From NCBI GenBank assembly GCA_947631295.1, contig CANRKU010000004.1:1-62851 (forward strand): DNA of 62,851 bases, read 5' to 3'. Below the pieces are notes generated by a model that saw nothing but the letters and a program-made list of their open reading frames with translations, had not been told where the DNA came from and ran no database searches. How positions within the stretch are numbered: position 1 is the first letter of the stretch; each line of letters starts with the position of its first letter. The translations under genes were made by a program, and so were the position numbers. The stretch is from an uncultured Bacilli bacterium. GTDB taxonomy: Bacteria; Bacillota_I; Bacilli_A; RF39; UBA660. This document shows, piece after piece, positions 18,149 through 28,470 of this stretch.

Positions 18149-19693
18149 TTATGGTTTAAAATGAAATTCCTTTTCCATTTCTGGATTTTCTTTATTTAAG
18201 TTAACTTTCATTTCATAACTTACATTTTTAACACTATCTTTATTTAATTCATAAACCCACAAATTACTTTTCAAATTAGAAAAATACTGTAAATGATTGA
18301 CACCACTTAAACGTAATTGCATTATATTGATGAAATCATTATTGCTTTGGTATTCACGACTAGCTAAAATATCTTTAAAAATATTATAGAAAGATAAGAT
18401 TTCTTCGGTAGTAAAGTTAGTATCTAGATTATTTGATACTGTTTCTAATATTTCTAAAAGGGTATTCACACTTCTTACTTCTGTCATTTTATTTAATAAA
18501 GCCTTTAATAGTAGTTGTTGATTATATCCACGATCAATATCTCCAAGTTTTAAATCATAACGATTTCTAGCCAATACTAGAGCTTCTTCACCATTTAATG
18601 TTTGAATACCTTGATTGATACATACCTCACCTTGACGATTTGAATTGTCAGTACATAACTTTTTAGGAACATCTACTGTAACTCCACCTAAAGCATCTAC
18701 AATACCAACAACACCTTTAAAATTAACCTTCACATAGTAATTAATATCAATATCAAATACGTTTTCAATCGTTTCCATCATACAATCTGTTCCAAACCAA
18801 CCAGCATGAGTTAGTTTATTTTTGGTATTATTTCTACAACTAATAGGAACATAAGTATCTCTAGGAATAGACATTAATGTGATATTTAAAGTTTGAGGAT
18901 TAAAAGTGATTAACATTAATCCATCACCATTAGCATAAGCATTCTTTTTTAAACCATCTTTTTCAGAATCAACACCCATTAATAAAACTGAAAATGGTTT
19001 CATTTTAGAAGTATTATTTCCTAAGATAGAAAAGGAAGTAGTCTGTTTCTTTATCGTTTTATTTTTTTCTAAAATAACTTTTACATCATTGTTAATATTT
19101 TCAAATCCTTCTGTATTTTGAAACATTACATCAAAATTGCTAGATACAAACATCAAATCAATCTTTTTTTCATATAAATCTTTTAACATTACTAGTAAAT
19201 CATTATAAGAAACAAATTTATTATCATTTTCTAATTTTTGTTCATCAATTATTTCTTTCGCAATAATATAATTATCAACAGATAAAGTATCATCTATTAA
19301 ACCAATTTTATATCCACTAACATCATCAATAGAAGAAATATTGTTACTATTTAGTGTAATTAGGCTAGAAGAATAAACAATTTTGTTTTTATTAATAGAA
19401 TCAATAATTCCATATACTTTACGAATAGAATAACACAATAGAACGTTAACACAAATAAATAAAATCATCATCACTTTCGCAATTTTTTTTGTTTTTTTCT
19501 TTTTAATAATAAAAAATATGAAATTAACAAGAAGAATGACACCAATTATTATATAACGAATAACTGGTTCAATCGGACCTAATAATAAAATATGATAAAT
19601 TAAAAAACAACTGCTAATTAAAACGAGTAGTATCAAGACATTATTAATTTTTAACGTTGTTTTTTTCTTTTTTCTTTTACTCATTACTATCAT
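18149..19693 (-). CDS. LytR-CpsA-Psr (LCP) family glycopolymer-peptidoglycan ligase with extended N-terminal region
   Basis: 514 aa with N-terminal TM helices. LCP core blocks: FSVLLMGVDS, GDGLMLITFNP, LMSIPRDTYV, NKLTHAGWFG and ALVLARNRY. Confidence 0.85.
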   Translation of the reverse strand: MIVMSKRKKKKTTLKINNVLILLVLISSCFLIYHILLLGPIEPVIRYIIIGVILLVNFIFFIIKKKKTKKIAKVMMILFICVNVLLCYSIRKVYGIIDSINKNKIVYSSSLITLNSNNISSIDDVSGYKIGLIDDTLSVDNYIIAKEIIDEQKLENDNKFVSYNDLLVMLKDLYEKKIDLMFVSSNFDVMFQNTEGFENINNDVKVILEKNKTIKKQTTSFSILGNNTSKMKPFSVLLMGVDSEKDGLKKNAYANGDGLMLITFNPQTLNITLMSIPRDTYVPISCRNNTKNKLTHAGWFGTDCMMETIENVFDIDINYYVKVNFKGVVGIVDALGGVTVDVPKKLCTDNSNRQGEVCINQGIQTLNGEEALVLARNRYDLKLGDIDRGYNQQLLLKALLNKMTEVRSVNTLLEILETVSNNLDTNFTTEEILSFYNIFKDILASREYQSNNDFINIMQLRLSGVNHLQYFSNLKSNLWVYELNKDSVKNVSYEMKVNLNKENPEMEKEFHFKP

Positions 19694-19874
19694 CTCTAAT
19701 TTTTATTATAACCAAGTTTATAAAATTATACAATTTGGAATCAGGATAATTTCATTTGTTGACATTAATTAGTATGAAAAATGTAAATAATTTGAAAATA
19801 AAAAGTCGAATTGTATACTTTTCAAAAGCTTATTGATATAATATAGTTGAATAACGTTAGGAAGGAGTGGATTT

Positions 19875-21947
19875 ATGAAAAAAAGATTAATGTATGTTAC
19901 TTGTTTTCTTTTCTTAATGATACCAATTTTTAACGTAAAAGCTTTATCTGCATGGGAAATTACTAGTCGTACAGAATGTCCTAATATTGAACTAGCTGAA
20001 GCAAAAGAAGATGGTTCTTTAGCAAAAATAGAGTGTTATCAAAACTATCAAGATGCTAAAAATGTAATGAATAATACAGATAATGATAATTTAGTTCTAA
20101 TTGAACAGGGAATCATCATCGATGCTAAATATGCAGTAGTTGATTATGATATTGATTATCCTAGCGGACATCAAGGATACATGTGGGTATATGATTCAGC
20201 AACCACGAATAATACAAGTAATCACTATATTAGAGGAGGAACACCTGATGAAGCTGCTATGATAGAAGTCGATTACAATACCAAAAGAGTAAAAATAAAA
20301 GTAGCTGGATTAACAGGTTGGATTAATAAATATGATGGCTCTTTAAAACTATATGATATAGTTCCTCTTAGTTGGGTAAAAACCCCGCAATCTTATACAG
20401 TGACAGATAATACCCTAGTTCATAATTTTCCAGGAAATGTATTTGGTACTAAAGGAGTTTCTTCTCTAGTTATTGATAGAAAACCTAGTATGTTAAATAA
20501 AGGAACTTATTATAGTTATGATGGACATTATTTTTATACAAGTATGAAAACCCTTTTACAAGATTATAAAAATAATAATTATAATCAATCTATAAATAAA
20601 GATAATCCTTATTATAATTATTATCAATATTTATCTTTTCGAACCAAAACTACTTATAATGCAGATAATATTAATCAATATTTAGAAGCTAGAAAATGGA
20701 GCAGTGATTCTAAAATTTTATCAACCGGAAATTATTTTATTAAATACCAAGAAAGTTTTGGTATTAATGCTGGTTTAATGATGGCAATAGGTATTAACGA
20801 ATCTGGTTTTGGAACGAGCAATATTGCGAAACAAAAAAATAATTTATTTGGACTAAATGCAATAGATAGAGATCCTAACCAATCTGCTAATTATTTTAAT
20901 ACAGTAGAGGATTGTATTCGTGATTATAGTTATGCTTGGTTATCTTATGGTTATGTCTATCCAGGTGATCCTCGTTATAAAGGAGCAAATCTAGGAAATA
21001 AAGCACAGGGTCTAAATTATCGTTATGCATCTGATCCATTTTGGGGAGAAAAAGCAGCTCATTACTATTATGATTTAGATAGTATGTATGGATTTCAAGA
21101 TTATAATACTTATCAACTAGCAGCATTAAATGATAACTATGAAAATACGGTTTATGCTAAGAAAACGCCAGGTGGAGTCAATGTATCTAGTAAGTATTAT
21201 CAATATAAAGTAAAAGATTCTGTTGTTGTGGTCTTAGAAGAAACAACAGGTCCTAGTGTAAATGGGAATAATATTTGGTATAAGATTCAAAGTGATCCAA
21301 CTCTAGATAGCAATTTAGAATATATTGGAGATGCTAGTAGTAATCCAAAAATCACCTATGATCCTAAAATATCATATGCCTATGTACCAGCAGCTTATTT
21401 TACCAAAATTAATACTCCAGTAGAAAGTGTACCAAATGTGCCAAATGCTAATCCACAAACACCTAGTAGTCCTAGTATAGAAGAAAATGGGGCTAAACCT
21501 GAAAAAGATACACCAAAAGTAAAACAAGTTTCAGAAATTGTAACAGAGGCTAATTATAAATATGGAGCTGGAACTATTTATGGTATTAAACCAAATACTA
21601 GTATCGCAACATTGAAAAGTAATCTAACTAACACTGGTGGAGTAATTACCATAACAGATTCTAATGGTAATACAAAGGAAACAGGTAATATTGGAACTGG
21701 TGATAAAGTACATATTACATCAGGCACTACAGAAGTATTAACAGTATTAATTTATGGGGATATTAATGGTGATGGAGAAATTAATAAAAGTGATTGCACA
21801 GAAATATTACGCCAATATTATGGATATATAAAATATGAAGATATAAAAAAAGATGTCTCTGATATTAATAAAGATGGGGCAATAGATAAAGTTGATGCTT
21901 CACAAATATTAAGACAATATTATGGATATGCAAATATTTCACAATAG
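19875..21947 (+). CDS. Secreted N-acetylglucosaminidase-domain (GH73-like) peptidoglycan hydrolase with C-terminal type I dockerin
   Basis: 690 aa with a signal peptide. Glucosaminidase block GINAGLMMAIGINESGFGTS..NNLFGLNA. The C-terminus (about 21757-21935) has two dockerin Ca-binding repeats, GDINGDGEINKSDCTEILRQYYGY and SDINKDGAIDKVDASQILRQYYGY. Confidence 0.85.
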   Translation: MKKRLMYVTCFLFLMIPIFNVKALSAWEITSRTECPNIELAEAKEDGSLAKIECYQNYQDAKNVMNNTDNDNLVLIEQGIIIDAKYAVVDYDIDYPSGHQGYMWVYDSATTNNTSNHYIRGGTPDEAAMIEVDYNTKRVKIKVAGLTGWINKYDGSLKLYDIVPLSWVKTPQSYTVTDNTLVHNFPGNVFGTKGVSSLVIDRKPSMLNKGTYYSYDGHYFYTSMKTLLQDYKNNNYNQSINKDNPYYNYYQYLSFRTKTTYNADNINQYLEARKWSSDSKILSTGNYFIKYQESFGINAGLMMAIGINESGFGTSNIAKQKNNLFGLNAIDRDPNQSANYFNTVEDCIRDYSYAWLSYGYVYPGDPRYKGANLGNKAQGLNYRYASDPFWGEKAAHYYYDLDSMYGFQDYNTYQLAALNDNYENTVYAKKTPGGVNVSSKYYQYKVKDSVVVVLEETTGPSVNGNNIWYKIQSDPTLDSNLEYIGDASSNPKITYDPKISYAYVPAAYFTKINTPVESVPNVPNANPQTPSSPSIEENGAKPEKDTPKVKQVSEIVTEANYKYGAGTIYGIKPNTSIATLKSNLTNTGGVITITDSNGNTKETGNIGTGDKVHITSGTTEVLTVLIYGDINGDGEINKSDCTEILRQYYGYIKYEDIKKDVSDINKDGAIDKVDASQILRQYYGYANISQ

Positions 21948-21956
21948 GAGAATAAA

Positions 21957-23360
21957 ATGGGTAAAATAAAATATTTAATTTTTAGTTTAGGATTTTTTAT
22001 ATTACTAACAACAACTGTTGATGCGGCTAGTGCATCAATATCAATAAGTAATGATAATATAACTCCAGGAACTTCAGTTAAGGTAACTAGTACAATTTCA
22101 TCTAGTAATTCAATATTTTTTATTGAAGGAACGCTAAAATGCAGTGGTGCAGGAGTTAATAATCAAATTGATTTAAATTTTGAAACGATGGAAAATAATA
22201 AAAAATCTGATTCTAAATCTCTTACAGTAAAACCAACTTCAGTAGGGACAATTAAATGTACAATAAATGGAAAAATTATGGATTCTAGTAGCTCTAATTG
22301 GGTTAATGTATCCAGTTCCAAAAATATTAATGTGGTAAAACCTCGTGAAAAATCAACAAATAATAATTTGAAAAGCCTATCAGTAGAAGGCTATGAACTT
22401 TCTCCATCTTTTGATAAAAATGTATTAGAATACACTGTAAATTTAGAATCCAATGTGGAAAAAATTACGATTAATGCATCTAAAGAAGATGGATATGCTT
22501 CTTTAAATGGAACTGGTGAAAAAGAAGTACAAGAAGGAGATAATAATTTTGAGATAACTGTAACATCAGAAACAGGAGCTAGTAAAGTCTACAAAATTAA
22601 TGCTATTGTGAAAGATAGTAATCCAATAAAACAAACAATCGATGGTAAAGAATATACAGTTATTAAAAGAGCTAGTACATTAGAAAAACCAGAAAACTTT
22701 GAAGAAACAACTGTTACGATAGAAAATATAGAAATCCCAGCGTTTTATAATGAAAAAGCAAACATTACATTAATAGGATTAAAAGATGAAGAAGGAAATA
22801 ATTACTTATTTCGATACAATAGTAAAGATAATACTTATATCAAATATCAGTTTTTGACATCCATTAGTCAAACAATTGTCTTTGAAGATAGTCAAGAAAA
22901 AATTTCTAACTATGAGAAAAAAGAAGTTACAATTGATAATCAAAAATATACAGTTTATCAAAATTCTAAGGATAAAGATTATTTATTAATTTATGGCATG
23001 AATTTAGAAACAGGTAATAAAAATTGGTACCTATATAATATGAAAGAAAAAAGTATTCAAACTTACATGAAAGATATCATGGATGATATGAATCAATCCT
23101 TTGATAACAAAGTAAAAGAATACAAAGTAGTATTATTAGGAATGGCTGGCTTATCGTTATTCTTACTATGTATTATCATTATCGAAATTATTTCAAAAAA
23201 TAAGATGAAGAAAAAATATCTACAAAAAATTCAAGATATGAAAGAGTCTAAAAAAGAGATAAAAGAAGATAGTAAAGAAGAAAAAACTGAACAGGAAAAG
23301 AAAAAAAAGAAAGAAAAGAAAAAGAATAAAAAACAAAAGATAGACGAAGATTTATGGTAA
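21957..23360 (+). CDS. Membrane-anchored surface protein with Ig-like N-terminal module and cadherin-like beta-sandwich domain
   Basis: 467 aa with a signal peptide. Cadherin-like block: NNLKSLSVEGYELSPSFDKNVLEYTVNLESNVEKITINA...NNFEITVTSETGASKVYKINAIV. C-terminal TM helix plus K/E-rich cytoplasmic tail. Confidence 0.75.
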   Translation: MGKIKYLIFSLGFFILLTTTVDAASASISISNDNITPGTSVKVTSTISSSNSIFFIEGTLKCSGAGVNNQIDLNFETMENNKKSDSKSLTVKPTSVGTIKCTINGKIMDSSSSNWVNVSSSKNINVVKPREKSTNNNLKSLSVEGYELSPSFDKNVLEYTVNLESNVEKITINASKEDGYASLNGTGEKEVQEGDNNFEITVTSETGASKVYKINAIVKDSNPIKQTIDGKEYTVIKRASTLEKPENFEETTVTIENIEIPAFYNEKANITLIGLKDEEGNNYLFRYNSKDNTYIKYQFLTSISQTIVFEDSQEKISNYEKKEVTIDNQKYTVYQNSKDKDYLLIYGMNLETGNKNWYLYNMKEKSIQTYMKDIMDDMNQSFDNKVKEYKVVLLGMAGLSLFLLCIIIIEIISKNKMKKKYLQKIQDMKESKKEIKEDSKEEKTEQEKKKKKEKKKNKKQKIDEDLW

Positions 23361-23377
23361 TCCATAGATCTTTTTTT
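23348..23377 (+). terminator. Intrinsic terminator
   Basis: AGATTTATGG (23348-23357) / TAAT / CCATAGATCT (23362-23371). 10 bp including one G-U pair, then T6. Confidence 0.7.
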
Positions 23378-23426
23378 ATCACATTTTTCTTACTTTTGCC
23401 TATAATATCAAAAAGGAGAATATAGA

Positions 23427-23984
23427 ATGAACAAACAGCAATCTGAAATTTATTTAACAAAATTTTATAATATTTTAGGGAATATGTCCTACCGTATGAT
23501 ATCAGTAGAAATGATTAATAATATTACCATTAATTTTATTAGAACAATGATTCCACATCATCAAGCCGCTATTTATATGTGTCAAAATTTATTAAATTAT
23601 ACCAATAACCAAAAATTAATAACAATAGCCCAAAATATCATTTCGATGCAACAAAGAGGCATCAATCAAATGAAAGAAATACTAGAAACAACACCAGAAT
23701 ATATTAGTAATACAAATCAGATCAACGATTACTTAGATAAGTATTATAGAATATTAAATCGTATGACTGTTAGAATGCGAAAAAGTTTACAATCTCCTAA
23801 TATTGATTTAGACTTTATCTCAGAAATGATTCCTCATCATGAAGGAGCAATAGAAATGTGCCAAAATCTATTAGAATATCCAATTGATAAAAGATTAGAA
23901 AAAGTTGCTCAAAATATTATTGATGAACAGTCAAAGGGAGTAGAAGAATTAAAACAAGTAAGATCTAATTTACAGTCAAAATAA
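23427..23984 (+). CDS. DUF305 family protein (two tandem DUF305 half-repeats)
   Basis: 185 aa containing MIPHHQAAIYMCQNLL and MIPHHEGAIEMCQNLL, the conserved HH..A..M motif of DUF305. Confidence 0.8.
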   Translation: MNKQQSEIYLTKFYNILGNMSYRMISVEMINNITINFIRTMIPHHQAAIYMCQNLLNYTNNQKLITIAQNIISMQQRGINQMKEILETTPEYISNTNQINDYLDKYYRILNRMTVRMRKSLQSPNIDLDFISEMIPHHEGAIEMCQNLLEYPIDKRLEKVAQNIIDEQSKGVEELKQVRSNLQSK

Positions 23985-24003
23985 AAAAAGCTTTTCGCTT
24001 TTT

Positions 24004-25491
24004 TTATTTTCCTAAAGTAACTGTAACAGTAGTATCTGTTGGTACATTACTACCACTTCGCATCGACTGTTTAATAGCAATATTATTTTCTTTATCATCA
24101 TCTTCATAAATAAACTTACAAATAATATTTGCTTTTTTACAACTACTATTTACTTCTTCTTTCGTCATACCAATTAAATTGGGAACAATAGTATTTCCGC
24201 CCTGGGAAATTACTAGTTTAATAGTATCATTGTTTTTAATAATTTGACCTTCTTTATGAGTAGAAGAAATAATCTTTCCTTTTCCAACTGTATCACTATA
24301 TTGATAATCTACAGTATAGGCAATTTCATTTTCATCAGCCCATTTAATAAATTCTTCTAAATCAGTAAATGCAATCATACGAAGAGGACCATTAGATACA
24401 ATCACTTGAATCGTATCTCCTACTTGCACTACATCACCCTTTTTATAATTACTAGAAATCATATGATCTTTCTTAATAGAATCATCATACTCGTAAGAGA
24501 TTTCTACTTTAAGACGATTATTAGTAGTCCAAGTAGTAAGTTCTGCTACACTCATTTTGGTAAGATCTGGAATCGTAATTTCATTTCTTTTTGCAACGGT
24601 AAGGACAAGTTCTTTTCGATCCTTTGGCTGAATAACACTCCATTTTTTAATACTTTGTTTTAAAACTGTTCCTTCTTCTTTTTCTTCATTATAAACATAT
24701 TCTATAGAACAGTTTAAATAATTTCTACCACAGTATACAATAGCATGAAAAGTATCTAATCCTACCAAATTATCTATAGTAACACTTTTTAGTTCAGATT
24801 CTTTTCCTAAAGAAGATACCAAAGTAAGTGGATCATTTCTTTTAATTTCACGAATGATATCCTGACTAATAATGATATCTTTAGGAACACTATCACTAAA
24901 TTCAAAGTGAATAGTAACATTGGTTAAGTGATTATCATCAATAAAATGAATAACATCATCTAATTTCCAACCCACCATATTGGTAACTTCCGCATGAACA
25001 CTAGTATCAATACCATCTGAGACAATAACTGTTATCTTTTTTAAATTTTTAGTAGAAGTACCAGCTTTAATACTTTGACTAATAATCTTATATTGTAGAA
25101 CCGTATCACTAGTTTGAAATTCCTGTTCTACTAAAATATCTCTTTCATTAGCCCAAGCAACAACCTCTTTAATATCTTTTCCTGTAAAATCTAAAACGAA
25201 ATCTTTCGAATTAGTAATTCCAATGATCATTTGAGAAAAGCTATAAAAACTAAGAAGCAGGGAACCAATAATAATAAAAATTTTAACCTTTTTATTTTCA
25301 GCAAACATCCCAACAATCATATATAATACAGAAAAAATAGCTAAAATAATAACTCCTATAATACTAATAATTTGATTCACAAGATTACTACTATTAAGAA
25401 TAGCATATATCATATAAGTTACAGTAGAAACTAAAGATAAAGCTAAACAAAAGTAAGTAAATACTTGAAAAAATTTTTCCTTTTCTTTCAT
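24004..25491 (-). CDS. Membrane protein with six PASTA-like extracellular repeats (no kinase or PBP domain)
   Basis: 495 aa. Three N-terminal TM helices are followed by six modules of about 60-65 aa. An example is VPNLIGMTKEEVNSSCKKANIICKFIYEDD...IKQSMRSGSNVPTDTTVTVTLG. Confidence 0.75.
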   Translation of the reverse strand: MKEKEKFFQVFTYFCLALSLVSTVTYMIYAILNSSNLVNQIISIIGVIILAIFSVLYMIVGMFAENKKVKIFIIIGSLLLSFYSFSQMIIGITNSKDFVLDFTGKDIKEVVAWANERDILVEQEFQTSDTVLQYKIISQSIKAGTSTKNLKKITVIVSDGIDTSVHAEVTNMVGWKLDDVIHFIDDNHLTNVTIHFEFSDSVPKDIIISQDIIREIKRNDPLTLVSSLGKESELKSVTIDNLVGLDTFHAIVYCGRNYLNCSIEYVYNEEKEEGTVLKQSIKKWSVIQPKDRKELVLTVAKRNEITIPDLTKMSVAELTTWTTNNRLKVEISYEYDDSIKKDHMISSNYKKGDVVQVGDTIQVIVSNGPLRMIAFTDLEEFIKWADENEIAYTVDYQYSDTVGKGKIISSTHKEGQIIKNNDTIKLVISQGGNTIVPNLIGMTKEEVNSSCKKANIICKFIYEDDDKENNIAIKQSMRSGSNVPTDTTVTVTLGK

Positions 25492-25657
25492 AACATCACC
25501 CTTATTCTATCTTTATTATATAATAAGAATAAAAAAACATAAACTAGATTTTAAAAAATAATAGAAATATAAAACTTTATAGCCATAACTATAATTACTT
25601 AGTCTATCTTTCTAATCAAGTTCATGATAAAATAGAACTATAGAAAGTTGGGATAAG

Positions 25658-27283
25658 ATGGAAAAATTAAAAGAAACAGGACTATTTTTACTGATGTTGT
25701 TAACAAATATAGTAATTGGTAGTACTTTATTATTTTTTATGAAAATTTCAATTACGAAATTTCATTTACCCATTTTTATTTGCATAACCGGAGTTCTTTA
25801 TTTTTTATTAAGAAAAAATGAAAAGAAGAAAGATATTTTTAGTAGTATTCTCCTTTCCTTAGGAATCCTTTTGCTTAGTATTTTCATATCTACTTTTATG
25901 TTTGATCGATCTAGTGATGGTAACACTTATCATAAAGATGCTATTGGTGTTTTAAAAGAAGGATTTAATCCTGTTTATGAAAGTAGTAGCGATTTTATAA
26001 AAATGAGAAAAGATGATAGTAAAAACTTAACAGAATATAGTATTTGGATTGATCATTATGCAAAAGCAAATTGGATTATTGCCGCTAATTTTTATTCTTT
26101 TACAGAAAATATAGAATCAGGAAAAGCAATGAATTTAATTACTATTTATATTGTATTTACCATCGTATTTACAGGATTAGTAGAAATACTGGATCGAAAA
26201 AAAGCATTTCTTCTTTCTTTATTAACAGTACTAAATCCTATTACAGTATCCCAAATGTTTACCTATTATAACGATCAATTAGTATGTTTATATTTATTCT
26301 TAGCTGTCTTTTATCTTTTAAAGTTAGATCAAAATATAAAAGATAAAGATTCTTGGTTTGGTTATATATTAACTTTTATTCTGCTTGCAAATATGAAATT
26401 TAATGGGTTAGGCTATTTATTAGTATTTAGTTTCCTATTTGTATGTAGATATCTATATAAAGCATATAAAAAGAAAGAATTGGTATTAACCTTTAAAAAA
26501 TTATGTATTCTATTTATTCCTTTATTCGTGATCAGTTTAGTAGTGGTAGGATATCCTACTTATATAAAAAACACAATAGATCATCAAAATCCTTTTTTTC
26601 CTCTATATGACGAAAATGGAGAAGATATTATTACTCTGCAACAACCAAAAAAATTTTTGCATATGAATAACCTTGGAAAATTATTTTATGCTACTTTTTC
26701 GAAAGCGAATAATTTAAGAGACAATGATGATACAAATCTAAAAATTCCTTTTACTATCTATAAAGAAGAATTAACTCCTGCAATGTCTAATGATTTAAGA
26801 ATTAGTGGTTGGGGTATATTCTTTAGTGGTTTACTCATAATTAGTATTGTGATCTTTATAAAAAATTATAAAAATTATAAACAAGATAGTTTTATTCTTT
26901 ATACTTTATTCATCACAACAATTCTGTTATTATTGATGAGTGAATCTTGGTGGGCACGCTATACACCACATTTCTATTTGTTTATTTTATTATCTTTATA
27001 TCTTTTATTCCGATATGGAAAAAGAAAAGCGCTAACAAATTTATATACAATTTTAATTATAATGAATACTTTAATACCATTTTTAGGAAATACTTATTAT
27101 ACTTTTAAAAATAGTATCCAAATTCATCACGATTTAAAACAACTTTCCCATCAAACAATTATAGTAAATATAAAAGGAATGAATGGCGTTTTATATAACT
27201 TAAAAGATTATCATATAAAATATCAGTTACAAGATATAAATGGATCAGAATTATATTATCATTATTTAGAATATCAGGAGTAA
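25658..27283 (+). CDS. Polytopic membrane protein, possible GT-C-type glycosyltransferase
   Basis: 541 aa with more than 10 predicted TM helices and a loop after TM3 (FDRSSDGNTYHKDA). First gene of the glycan locus. Function inferred from context only. Confidence 0.55.
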   Translation: MEKLKETGLFLLMLLTNIVIGSTLLFFMKISITKFHLPIFICITGVLYFLLRKNEKKKDIFSSILLSLGILLLSIFISTFMFDRSSDGNTYHKDAIGVLKEGFNPVYESSSDFIKMRKDDSKNLTEYSIWIDHYAKANWIIAANFYSFTENIESGKAMNLITIYIVFTIVFTGLVEILDRKKAFLLSLLTVLNPITVSQMFTYYNDQLVCLYLFLAVFYLLKLDQNIKDKDSWFGYILTFILLANMKFNGLGYLLVFSFLFVCRYLYKAYKKKELVLTFKKLCILFIPLFVISLVVVGYPTYIKNTIDHQNPFFPLYDENGEDIITLQQPKKFLHMNNLGKLFYATFSKANNLRDNDDTNLKIPFTIYKEELTPAMSNDLRISGWGIFFSGLLIISIVIFIKNYKNYKQDSFILYTLFITTILLLLMSESWWARYTPHFYLFILLSLYLLFRYGKRKALTNLYTILIIMNTLIPFLGNTYYTFKNSIQIHHDLKQLSHQTIIVNIKGMNGVLYNLKDYHIKYQLQDINGSELYYHYLEYQE

Positions 27284-27286
27284 ACT

Positions 27287-28462
27287 ATGAAAAAAGATTA
27301 TTTTGTGCTTATATTTATAATATTAGGACCTATTTTAGATGTTACTAGCTTTTTAGGATTACCATTTAGTCTATTGTTACGAGGATTCTTTTTAGCTTTT
27401 ATGATCCTATCTCTTTTCAAAAATAAAAAAGAATTAAGATTTTTAATACCATTATTGATATTTGGTGTTTTCTATTTTGGATATCAGTATTATTTTCTAC
27501 ATTTTAAAATATTACCATCTTTATCTTCAATCTTAAAATTTCTTTATTTACCAGTATCTATTTTCTACTTTAAGAATTATATATTCCCAATTGAAAAAGA
27601 AAAAATATTTAGTATGGTTTTAATTACTTATGTGAGTATTTATTTATTATCCTATGTATTTGGAATAGGAGCAAATGCCTATTTAGAAACAGATGGTAAA
27701 AGTGGCTTTAAAGGATTATTTTCTTCTATTAATGAATTTAGTGCTATTTTAGTTTGCTTACTACCTGTTGTTGCGATGTATTTTAAAAAGAAAAGAAAAT
27801 ATATGATAGTAGGATTCTTTATATTATCATGTTTTTTATGTAGTTTATTAATTGGTACAAAAGTATTAATGGGTGGCGTTTTATTTACTATTTTCTATTT
27901 ATTATGGCAAGAAAGAAAAAAACTATTTTTAGAAAGAAAAACATCCGTCAAAATAGGAATGGTTATTTCTTTATTGATGATAATAATATTAGGATGTTTT
28001 TTATTTACCAAAACAAGAACGTATCAAAATATGATGGTACAACAAGATTTCTTTCAAGTAGAACATATTGTATCTATAGATTTTGTAAATAGAATTATTT
28101 ATAATGATCGTTTAACCTTCTTAAAAGATAATTTCAAATACTTGCAAAATCAAAGTATTTGGAAAATAGTATTTGGTATTGGGTTAGAGAACTATGATAT
28201 TAAGATGGTAGAAATTGATATTTTTGATCTAATGATTCGATATGGAATCTTAGGAATGGTTCTATTTATAGGAGATAGTATTTTATCAATTAGAAAAATA
28301 AAATTAAAACCAGAAGAAAAAGTATCTATGATCATATTAATATTAGTTTCGTTAACATCAGGTCATGTTTTATTTTATCCAGCAGTCTGTATTTATTTAG
28401 CACTAATGCTATCAAAAGAAAATGTTTTAAAGGAAAAATATGATACAATAAAAAAGAAGTAG
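27287..28462 (+). CDS. O-antigen ligase/polymerase-like (Wzy_C-type) membrane protein
   Basis: 391 aa, polytopic. The characteristic late block IDIFDLMIRYGILGMVLFIGD resembles the Wzy_C consensus (..N.yL..l.e.GiiG..lf). Confidence 0.6.
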   Translation: MKKDYFVLIFIILGPILDVTSFLGLPFSLLLRGFFLAFMILSLFKNKKELRFLIPLLIFGVFYFGYQYYFLHFKILPSLSSILKFLYLPVSIFYFKNYIFPIEKEKIFSMVLITYVSIYLLSYVFGIGANAYLETDGKSGFKGLFSSINEFSAILVCLLPVVAMYFKKKRKYMIVGFFILSCFLCSLLIGTKVLMGGVLFTIFYLLWQERKKLFLERKTSVKIGMVISLLMIIILGCFLFTKTRTYQNMMVQQDFFQVEHIVSIDFVNRIIYNDRLTFLKDNFKYLQNQSIWKIVFGIGLENYDIKMVEIDIFDLMIRYGILGMVLFIGDSILSIRKIKLKPEEKVSMIILILVSLTSGHVLFYPAVCIYLALMLSKENVLKEKYDTIKKK

Positions 28463-28470
28463 GTGATAGA

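Noticed and set aside
21957-22340. Calling the N-terminal module of the 467-aa protein a cohesin outright.
   Set aside because: At about 105 aa it is shorter than typical cohesins and I cannot see cohesin-specific motifs. The idea is kept only as a testable inference in the findings.
23225-23345. A-rich repetitive stretch (AAAGAAAAG-type) that looks like a simple repeat array.
   Set aside because: It is in frame within the 467-aa gene and encodes its K/E-rich cytoplasmic tail. It has no spacer/repeat organisation and is not CRISPR-like.
23984-24006. Possible bidirectional terminator AAAAAAGC/TTTTC/GCTTTTTT between the DUF305 and PASTA genes, and AU-only hairpins after oapA (57483-57518).
   Set aside because: The stems are almost entirely A-U (two G-C pairs at most). 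They are plausible but too weak to list as supported features.
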